This document shows, one piece after another, positions 1 to 6,489 of a stretch of 12,640 nucleotides of DNA. The position numbers and the translations under genes were made by a program. The first letter of the stretch is position 1. Each line of letters opens with the position of its first letter. The stretch spans positions 10,866 to 23,505 of the forward strand of contig JBBSVV010000029.1 of the NCBI GenBank assembly GCA_038046625.1, read 5' to 3'. The stretch comes from an archaeon. Lineage in GTDB: Archaea; Iainarchaeota; Iainarchaeia; Iainarchaeales; Iainarchaeaceae. The notes beneath the pieces were generated by a model that was not told where the DNA came from, did no database searches, and saw only the letters and a list, made by a program, of their open reading frames with translations.

Positions 1-1
1 G

Positions 2-52
2 CCAAAGGGCTGGAAGTACACTCCTGAAAGCGCGGCGCTCCTGGTGAAGTGA
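2..52 (+). CDS. rps15: 3' end of 30S ribosomal protein S15 (uS15), truncated by window edge
   Basis: Frame from base 2 reads PKGWKYTPESAALLVK-stop (TGA 50-52). This matches the archaeal S15 C-terminus (LPxxWxYxPExAxLLV), and the gene sits just upstream of rps3ae as in the conserved archaeal cluster. Confidence 0.8.
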   Translation, partial: PKGWKYTPESAALLVK

Positions 53-57
53 TTTGA

Positions 58-687
58 ATGGCCCAGAAGGAAAAGGAAAACAAGGAAGTAGCTTCAAAGG
101 AAAAGACGAAGCAGCAGCCTAAGGCAAGAAAAAAAACCGTTGACAAGTGGAAGAAGAAGGCATGGTACACCATTTTGGCGCCGAAGGAGTTCGAGTTCAG
201 GGAATTGGGGGAAACAATCAGCGAAAAACCGGAAACACTTATAGGGAGAACCATTACTGTTACCGGCCGCGAATTGGCGAACCAGCCGAAGAAGCAGCAC
301 ATACACCTCAAGTTCAGGGTTGTCGAGGTCAAGGCAAGCAAGGCAAACACGATTGTGACTGGCCATGTTATCAAGGACAATTTTTTGAGGCGCATAATCA
401 GGAGGCACGCGAGCAAGATTATGAGCATAGCGGATTATTCCTCGAAGGACGGGCAGAAATTCAGGATAAAGATTGCCGCAGTCACGGACAGGAGGGCTTC
501 AAGGGCGCAGAAAACCGCCATCAGGAAAAGGCTTACAGAGGAAACAACGAAAATAATTCTTGAAACGGACTCGAACAAGGTTGTTGATGAGGTTGTTTTC
601 GGGAACATAACGAACAGCCTTTATGCCGCGGCAAAGAAAATTGTGCCGTTGAAAAGGATAGAAATAGTAGGCTCAGAGCTTCTGTGA
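58..687 (+). CDS. rps3ae: 30S ribosomal protein S3Ae (eS1)
   Basis: 209 aa basic protein with DKWKKKAWYTILAPKEF, GRTITVT, LKFRV, RRIIRRHASKI, AQKTAIRK and KIVPLKRIEI. SD-like GGTGA/GAAGTGA at 43-52. Confidence 0.95.
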   Translation: MAQKEKENKEVASKEKTKQQPKARKKTVDKWKKKAWYTILAPKEFEFRELGETISEKPETLIGRTITVTGRELANQPKKQHIHLKFRVVEVKASKANTIVTGHVIKDNFLRRIIRRHASKIMSIADYSSKDGQKFRIKIAAVTDRRASRAQKTAIRKRLTEETTKIILETDSNKVVDEVVFGNITNSLYAAAKKIVPLKRIEIVGSELL

Positions 688-702
688 AGGGGTTTTCCTG
701 CA

Positions 703-1383
703 GTGCTAGAAACATTGCTCACAACCGAATCGATTGCCATCCTTGCAATGCTGGTTGTTTTTTCGGCATTTTCGTTCGGCAAAAAGCTTTTGAGTGTCCG
801 CGGAATAATTTTTGCCGACGCAGTTGGCATAATTGCGTTCGCGCTCGGCGGACCCCTTGCGGCCGGAACACTTCTCTTTTTTTACGTTATTGCCGAGGCA
901 GCAACCAGGGTAGCGCACAAAACTGCGGAACACGGACAGCGCACAATATCGAACATTTTCGCGAACTCCGCGGCCGCAATAATCGCGCTCTTCTTCGGGC
1001 AGTATGCCGCTTTTTTTGGCGCGGTTTCGGCAGCGCTCGCGGACACTGTTTCCTCGGAAATAGGGATGCTTTCGCGCAAAAAGCCCGTGCTGATTACGAG
1101 CCTCAGGGAAGTTGAAATGGGCACAAACGGCGGGATAACCGTTCTTGGAATAGTTGCCGGAGCTGTTGCGGCCTCGTTCATTGCGCTCATTTTCTTTTTC
1201 ACGGTAAAGCAAAGCGCAGTGGGGTTTGTGGCAATAACCCTTGCGGGGCTGGTTGGAACGCTTTTCGACAGCCTTTTGGGCGCGGTTTTCGAGAGAAAGG
1301 GGATGCTGAACAACACCCATGTGAATCTTCTCGCGGGAATTGCGGGGGCAATGGTTGCGCTTGCGTTCTCAAGCCTCATCTGA
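703..1383 (+). CDS. DUF92 (TMEM19/VTE6-like) integral membrane protein
   Basis: 226 aa, multiple TM helices. Motifs GQRTISNIFAN, ALADTVSSEIG, GTNGGITVLG, GTLFDSLLGAVFE and LNNTHVNLLA are typical of DUF92. GTG start after GAAGGGG. Confidence 0.9.
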   Translation: MLETLLTTESIAILAMLVVFSAFSFGKKLLSVRGIIFADAVGIIAFALGGPLAAGTLLFFYVIAEAATRVAHKTAEHGQRTISNIFANSAAAIIALFFGQYAAFFGAVSAALADTVSSEIGMLSRKKPVLITSLREVEMGTNGGITVLGIVAGAVAASFIALIFFFTVKQSAVGFVAITLAGLVGTLFDSLLGAVFERKGMLNNTHVNLLAGIAGAMVALAFSSLI

Positions 1384-1457
1384 GCACCGCTGGGTGCGTA
1401 GCCGAAAACAATGATTTGAAATTTGGCGGGAATGCGCCGTAATAAAAATGTAACCAG

Positions 1458-1466
1458 TTATATAAA
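1458..1466 (+). promoter_or_regulatory. Putative TATA box for the carS-archaeosortase unit
   Basis: TTATATAAA in the roughly 100 bp intergenic gap, about 28 nt before ATG 1494, with an A-rich stretch upstream. Confidence 0.55.
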
Positions 1467-1493
1467 GTTGTTGACAAATTCCCCGTGATTCGC

Positions 1494-2006
1494 ATGCAGG
1501 ATTTTTTGCTCAAATTCATTTTTTACCTCGCCCCGATGTACTTCGCGAACGGCTTTGCAATGCTCTTCGGCGGCAAAACGCCCGTTGATTTCGGAAAAAA
1601 ATTTTTGGACGGAAAGCCGGTTTTCGGCACCGGAAAAACCTGGAAGGGCCTCTTTTTCGGAATAGCGACAGGCACGATTGTTGCCGCGGCAATAGGCTTT
1701 TTCTCCGCGGACGCAAACGCAATTTTTCAGGGGAATTATGTTCTGCTCGGGTTTTTGCTTTCGCTCGGCGCCATTATAGGCGACATTGTTGCAAGCTTTT
1801 TCAAGAGGCGCAACGGAATAGAACAGGGAAAGGAGGTGCTGTTCCTCGACCAGCTCGATTTTGTAATCGGGGGAATGATTTTTGGAAGCATTATTTATGT
1901 CCCTGATTTTTATGAGGCGATTCTCGTGTGCGTCATAACCCTGGTTGCGCATAGGGTTTCGAACTACATTGCGTTCAGGACAAAACTGAAAAAGGTGCCC
2001 TGGTGA
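1494..2006 (+). CDS. carS: CDP-archaeol synthase (CDP-2,3-bis-O-geranylgeranyl-sn-glycerol synthase, DUF46)
   Basis: Motifs PMYFANG, PVDFGKKFLDGKPVFGTGKTWKG, GAIIGDIVASFFKRR, LDQLDF and C-terminal KKVPW. ATG 1494 preferred (GTGA SD at 1485-1488); GTG 1485 is the alternative start. Confidence 0.93.
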   Translation: MQDFLLKFIFYLAPMYFANGFAMLFGGKTPVDFGKKFLDGKPVFGTGKTWKGLFFGIATGTIVAAAIGFFSADANAIFQGNYVLLGFLLSLGAIIGDIVASFFKRRNGIEQGKEVLFLDQLDFVIGGMIFGSIIYVPDFYEAILVCVITLVAHRVSNYIAFRTKLKKVPW

Positions 2007-2488
2007 ATCTGCACAGAAGCGGGGCCGTTTTTTTCGCGAAGTTTTTCGCAATATTCCTTTTTCTCGAGTTCCTTGTCGTGAATTTTCCTGTTGTGCCGCT
2101 GCAGGAGTTCATTGCGCGGACGCTTGCCTCTTTTCTCGGGCTTGATTACTCGGGGAGCCTCGTGTTTGTTCCGGAAGGGGCATTTGAAATAACCGCGTCC
2201 TGCACAGGCCTCGTGAGTGCGAGCGTGCTTGCCGCGATAATATTTTCGCTGAAAAAGCCGGAATTGAAGGAAAAAGCAATTGTTTTTGCCGCGGGGTTTG
2301 CGGCGCTGCTTTTCGTGAATTATTTCAGGGTGCTGCTTGTGCTGTGGTCGGGAAAAGAATTCGGCATAGCGGTTGCAGAGATTGTGCATGTGCTGAGCTG
2401 GTTCGTGACTTCGGGTGCGGTGATTGCGGCGTGGTATTTTTTCACGAAAAAAACCGCCGGAATAAAGGATTTTTCAGGATTTCTCTGA
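2003..2488 (+). CDS. Exosortase/archaeosortase family protein (minimal, 161 aa)
   Basis: Membrane protein with FEITASCTG (Cys67), VNYFRV (Asn106/Arg109) and VHVLSW (His129), the Cys/Arg/His pattern of this family. Start overlaps the carS stop (GTGA). Confidence 0.8.
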   Translation: MNLHRSGAVFFAKFFAIFLFLEFLVVNFPVVPLQEFIARTLASFLGLDYSGSLVFVPEGAFEITASCTGLVSASVLAAIIFSLKKPELKEKAIVFAAGFAALLFVNYFRVLLVLWSGKEFGIAVAEIVHVLSWFVTSGAVIAAWYFFTKKTAGIKDFSGFL

Positions 2489-4105
2489 GCCCTTGAGTAT
2501 TTGCTCTGCAATCACGGAGAAAGCCGGCCTGGTAATCAGGACGCCGACAAGGACACCGAGTATTGTTGTTATCGCAAAGCCCACAAGTTTTCCGAAGCCA
2601 AAGCCGAAAAGTATTACGGGCAGCATCGTGGCTATGCTGGTTGCGGCCGCGGCAAACACTATGAAGAATGCTTTTTTCACGCGGTTGGCGTAGCTTCCTC
2701 CCTCTGTTAGTTCTCCCTTTTTGAGCTCGTCTATAATGACTATCTGGTCGTTGACACCGGTGCCTACTGATGCAAGTATTCCTGCAACGGATGCCAGGTC
2801 AAGGTTGTACCTCAGGATTGACGCAATTCCCACAACTATGACTATTTCGCTGAGGCCTGTGAGGAGAATCGGGAGCGCGAGCTTTATTGCCCTGTACCTG
2901 ATGTAAAGCACGAGCGCCACAACCAAAAGGCCTATTATTCCTATGAGGAATGTGCCGGACAAAAACTCTTCACCCAAAAGCGGGGAAATGCTTTCCTTGG
3001 AAATTTCCTTTATCCCTATCGGCAAGGACCCTGTTTCAAGGAGAATCGCAAGCGATTTGAGGTTCTGGATTGCCTCATCCTGCGAGGCCCCGGAACCGGT
3101 AATGCTGAGTTCGGAGAAAATTTTTGCGCTGTTCGGGTTTTCAACGTAAGGGTCGAGGTTTGCAATTCCCGGGGTGAGCGCTATTATCTGCCTCGCGCCT
3201 GTTGCGACCCAGGTCCAAGGTGTTTCAGGCCTTTCGTTCTTCACCTCGACAACCCTGTAGCCCATTGACTCGAGTGATGCCCTTTGCTCCCGCGATGCAT
3301 CCGGATGCACTATCGCCTCTTTTGCCGTATACCCTAAAAGGGAAGCGAGTTTGCTTGATTCGGCCTGTGAAAAGTTATTGTCCGATTCCGCAACAACGTA
3401 AGGCATGGTTGCGTTCTTCATGAGTTCGGCGAACGCGGTGCCGGCCGGAATGTTTTCCGCCTGGTTTCCCTGGACAAGGAGCTGCGAGTCATCGGAGAAA
3501 ACATTTTTTGGGATTATCAGGACGGCTTCGGCCGGCCTGTCAATGAAAAAGTACGTGCTGTCACAGTCATACTGCGTGCCGGAAGAAGGGTCAAAGGAAA
3601 CCGCGGTGCAGCGGTGGAAAACGCTTTTTGAAAACCTGTCGCCCGCCGTTTGGTTCAGGAGGAAAGGCAGGTTCCACGTGTAGCCGTTCTCGGATTGGCC
3701 GACGCCGTAACCGCGGGTCGCGTCCTTGAACACCTGCACTATGTCGGAGCCCTCGAAGAGGATGTTGCCGTCAAGGGTTGCCTCGAACTTTCCCTGTGTC
3801 CTGAGCAATGATTCGAGGCGCGCTATCTGTTCCGGATTAGTTTCCGCAATCTGTGCAACCAACAGGTCGTTGCCGAGGGAATTTACTTTTGTGTCCTTAA
3901 GGCCGAAGGCGTCGAGGCGCTGTGAAACAACGGAAACTATTGTCTCCATTTTGTCCGGGGAAACTGGCTCTTCCAATTGTATATGGAAAAGAGTCCCTCC
4001 CCTGAATTCAACGCCGAACTGCACGCCGTTGATTGCAATGGAAAGCAGTGAAAGCAGTATCACTACGGCGGCAAACATTACTTTGGGGTTTCTTGCAATG
4101 CTCAC
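2474..4105 (-). CDS. secD: Protein translocase subunit SecD (archaeal type)
   Basis: N-terminal TM, then FGVEFRGGT and RLDAFGLKD, a large extracytoplasmic domain, LETGSLP, ISPLLG, GTGVNDQIVIIDE, LVGFAITTILG and ITRPAF. SD GGGGTGA before the GTG start. Confidence 0.95.
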   Translation of the reverse strand: MSIARNPKVMFAAVVILLSLLSIAINGVQFGVEFRGGTLFHIQLEEPVSPDKMETIVSVVSQRLDAFGLKDTKVNSLGNDLLVAQIAETNPEQIARLESLLRTQGKFEATLDGNILFEGSDIVQVFKDATRGYGVGQSENGYTWNLPFLLNQTAGDRFSKSVFHRCTAVSFDPSSGTQYDCDSTYFFIDRPAEAVLIIPKNVFSDDSQLLVQGNQAENIPAGTAFAELMKNATMPYVVAESDNNFSQAESSKLASLLGYTAKEAIVHPDASREQRASLESMGYRVVEVKNERPETPWTWVATGARQIIALTPGIANLDPYVENPNSAKIFSELSITGSGASQDEAIQNLKSLAILLETGSLPIGIKEISKESISPLLGEEFLSGTFLIGIIGLLVVALVLYIRYRAIKLALPILLTGLSEIVIVVGIASILRYNLDLASVAGILASVGTGVNDQIVIIDELKKGELTEGGSYANRVKKAFFIVFAAAATSIATMLPVILFGFGFGKLVGFAITTILGVLVGVLITRPAFSVIAEQILKGSEKS

Positions 4106-4977
4106 TTTGATTCACCCCTTTTTTCCACGAACCACAAAAGCAGGGGCGCATTCATGAGCCATGTTGAAATTATGTCGGCGAAAAGCCCGAACAGAAGCAC
4201 GGCGGAAATTTCGAAGAAAACCTGAATTTGCATGAAGTAGGACAAGACAGCCATCACGAGGAGCGCGGCAATGGACGTGAAGGTCATTGTGAGGCCCGTC
4301 GCCATTGATTCGGAGGAGCGTTCCGCAGGGGTTTTTTCCTTTCTCTTGAGGACCCTTGTTGTGAGCATTATGTCGGTGCCAATGCTGTAGCCGACCATTG
4401 CGAGCAGCGCAGGAATGGTTGAGCCCGAGAGAGGTATGCCGAAGAGCGCCATGAGCGCCAGGGCGCCGAGCACATCAAAGATTGCCGCCCCAATGACAAG
4501 AAGGGAGGGGATGATTTCCCTGAAGAAAAGGAAAATCACCAGTGTTACGAGTATTGCGCCCGCGAGCATTGCGGTAGTTCCTGATTCGTAGAATTTTGCC
4601 CCGAAAGACGCGCCTATCTGGTTCACCTGTATCCTCTCATTTTTGATTGAAAATGTTTCAATTATTGTCTGCTGCACTTCCGAAGCGCTCGCATCGCTTT
4701 GCGCGTACTGCACAAGCAGCCCGTAATCAGTGGGAGAAGAAACCGAGTTTATCTGGAGGTCTGAGAACTCGTACTTTTCAAGGAGCCTTTTTTCGAGGAG
4801 CGAAGAATCCATCATGGTGTCGTTCCTGACTATTATGCTGGTGCCGCCCCTGAGGTCTATTCCCTGCTTTACGGTCGGGAAAACGAGAATAAGGAAAAAG
4901 AACACCACAAGCAGTATTGCCGGCAGTATGAGATACCTTTTATAGTTTCCTTTGTAGAGATTGTTTAGGTCGACCAA
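4102..4977 (-). CDS. secF: Protein translocase subunit SecF (archaeal type)
   Basis: GIDLRGGT, IGASFG, FLFFREIIPS, GYSIGTDIMLTTRVLKR, TGLTMT and DIISTWLMNA; about 6 TM helices. TTG start, and its stop overlaps the secD start. Confidence 0.95.
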   Translation of the reverse strand: MVDLNNLYKGNYKRYLILPAILLVVFFFLILVFPTVKQGIDLRGGTSIIVRNDTMMDSSLLEKRLLEKYEFSDLQINSVSSPTDYGLLVQYAQSDASASEVQQTIIETFSIKNERIQVNQIGASFGAKFYESGTTAMLAGAILVTLVIFLFFREIIPSLLVIGAAIFDVLGALALMALFGIPLSGSTIPALLAMVGYSIGTDIMLTTRVLKRKEKTPAERSSESMATGLTMTFTSIAALLVMAVLSYFMQIQVFFEISAVLLFGLFADIISTWLMNAPLLLWFVEKRGESK

Positions 4978-5012
4978 GGCAAAAAAAACCCCCTAAAAAA
5001 GAGGAATCCTGA

Positions 5013-6047
5013 TTGAAAAAAGCCAGAAAACATTTATATACTGTTGGGGGGAACGAAAGGCCCTCGGAGTACTATTTTCCGGCTTCGAAGGAGCTTTTGG
5101 ATCAGGCCTTTACGCTCACTTCAAAGCTCAGTTACTCCAGGAGGGGCGCGAACAAGGCCATTAACAGGAAGGGCCTGAATGCGCTCAAAATAAAGGAAAT
5201 GGGGAAATTTTTGCAGTCGAAACTGATGCCGCTTGCAAAGCAGTTCCCGCGCATAGATGAAATGAACCCGTTTTACAGGGATTTGCTTTCCGCCATTGCG
5301 GATGTTGACGCGCTGAAAATGAACCTCGCGAAACTCAGGGCCTCAACAGGAATAATCAGGAGGCTCAGGTACGAGTATTCCTCGAAAGTTTATTCGGCCT
5401 CGACCATGGAGGGCTGTGACAGCATCCTCAAGGCTTTTGCCGGAAGAACGAGCTCGGTAATAAACAAGCTGGATAAGCCGCTCAAAATTCTCAAGGAAGA
5501 ATCCAAAAAATTGAGGGAATTGCCTTCAGTAGATTTCGAGGCGCCAACAATAGTGCTTGCGGGCCTGCCGAACGTCGGCAAAACAACCATGCTGAAGCGC
5601 CTTACCGGGGCGAATGCCCGGATTTCGCCGTATCCGTTCACGACAAAGCAGATTAATTCCGGATTTTTCGAATTCAGGTACACGCGCATCCAGGTGCTTG
5701 ATACCCCGGGATTGCTGGACAGGAAGGAGAAAAATGACGTGGAAAAAAAGGCGATTGCCGCCCTGAAGCACCTTGCAACTATAATTGTTTTTGTGATTGA
5801 CCCCACGACTTACTGCGGTTATCCCCTTGAGGAACAGCTTTCGCTCCTTGAACAAATAAGGATGGATTTTTCGGGAAAAAAAATTTTGGTGGTGGTAAAC
5901 AAGGCGGATTTGGCCTCACGGGAGCAGATGGACAATGCAATGCGCAAAACAGGGGACGCAATTATTGAGGGCGAGGGCAGGGAAAGCCTCAAAAAAGCGG
6001 TTGAGGGAGAGCTCGCGGACGCCGTGAAATATAGCAAACCGCAATGA
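5013..6047 (+). CDS. Nog1-family (Obg-like) GTP-binding protein
   Basis: Helical N-domain (PASKELLDQAF, PFYRDLL, GRTSSV), G1 GLPNVGKT, G2 PYPFTT, G3 DTPGLLDR and G4 NKAD. TTG start 7 nt after GAGGA. Confidence 0.92.
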   Translation: MKKARKHLYTVGGNERPSEYYFPASKELLDQAFTLTSKLSYSRRGANKAINRKGLNALKIKEMGKFLQSKLMPLAKQFPRIDEMNPFYRDLLSAIADVDALKMNLAKLRASTGIIRRLRYEYSSKVYSASTMEGCDSILKAFAGRTSSVINKLDKPLKILKEESKKLRELPSVDFEAPTIVLAGLPNVGKTTMLKRLTGANARISPYPFTTKQINSGFFEFRYTRIQVLDTPGLLDRKEKNDVEKKAIAALKHLATIIVFVIDPTTYCGYPLEEQLSLLEQIRMDFSGKKILVVVNKADLASREQMDNAMRKTGDAIIEGEGRESLKKAVEGELADAVKYSKPQ

Positions 6048-6082
6048 AAGGCAGGAAAATTTCGGGGCCTGCTATAAAGTAG

Positions 6083-6090
6083 GTTTTTAT
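6083..6090 (+). promoter_or_regulatory. Putative TATA box for the UPF0147-DP1-DP2 operon
   Basis: T-rich TTTTTAT(T) element after the purine-rich ATAAAGTAGG in the 6048-6205 intergenic region. TATAAA at 6073-6078 is an alternative. Confidence 0.35.
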
Positions 6091-6205
6091 TAGGTTACGA
6101 ATTCAGGTATTATCAAGCGCCTTGAATTAGGCGCGGAGATGACTTAAATGGCTATTTTTGCTGACAGCGGTTTGAGGATAAAAATTTTTTCGGGGGCGCG
6201 TGCGC

Positions 6206-6487
6206 ATGGCGGATGAAAACGATCTCAAGGCGCAGCTCTCGTACACTGCCGACCTCATGGAGGCAATCATTGAGGACAGCGGCGTTCCGCGCAACATAAG
6301 GAAAGCGATTGATGATGCGAAGAATAAAATAACCTCGAAAAGCGATTCGGTTGAAGTGAACGTGACAAGCGCAATCTACCTCATGGAGGACATAAGCAAC
6401 GACATAAATATGCCCTCGCACACGAGAACGGAAATCTGGACAATTATTTCGGAACTCGAATCCATAAGGGAAAAGTGCAAGGGATAG
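6206..6487 (+). CDS. UPF0147 family protein
   Basis: IIEDSGVPRNIRKA and EDISNDINMPSHTRTEIWTIISELE match the UPF0147 signature (D..VPRNIR..A; DPNMP.H.RT.IW). ATG 6206 follows GGGGG. Confidence 0.9.
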   Translation: MADENDLKAQLSYTADLMEAIIEDSGVPRNIRKAIDDAKNKITSKSDSVEVNVTSAIYLMEDISNDINMPSHTRTEIWTIISELESIREKCKG

Positions 6488-6489
6488 CC

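Noticed and set aside
1384..1397. Hairpin GCACC-GCTG-GGTGC after the DUF92 stop as a terminator
   Set aside because: Only a 5 bp stem with no U-tract; too weak to call.
1471..1476. TTGACA bacterial -35 lookalike
   Set aside because: The context is archaeal and there is no -10 element at the proper spacing.
6135..6178. Possible C/D box sRNA or fluoride riboswitch (GAGATGA...CTGA...TGAGGA)
   Set aside because: The C box is imperfect, there is no terminal D box or terminal stem, and the fluoride riboswitch pseudoknot pairing is absent.
6048..6205. Replication origin next to the PolD genes
   Set aside because: No ORB repeats (TCCAxTGGAAA plus G-string), no cdc6/orc1 gene and no extended AT-rich unwinding element.
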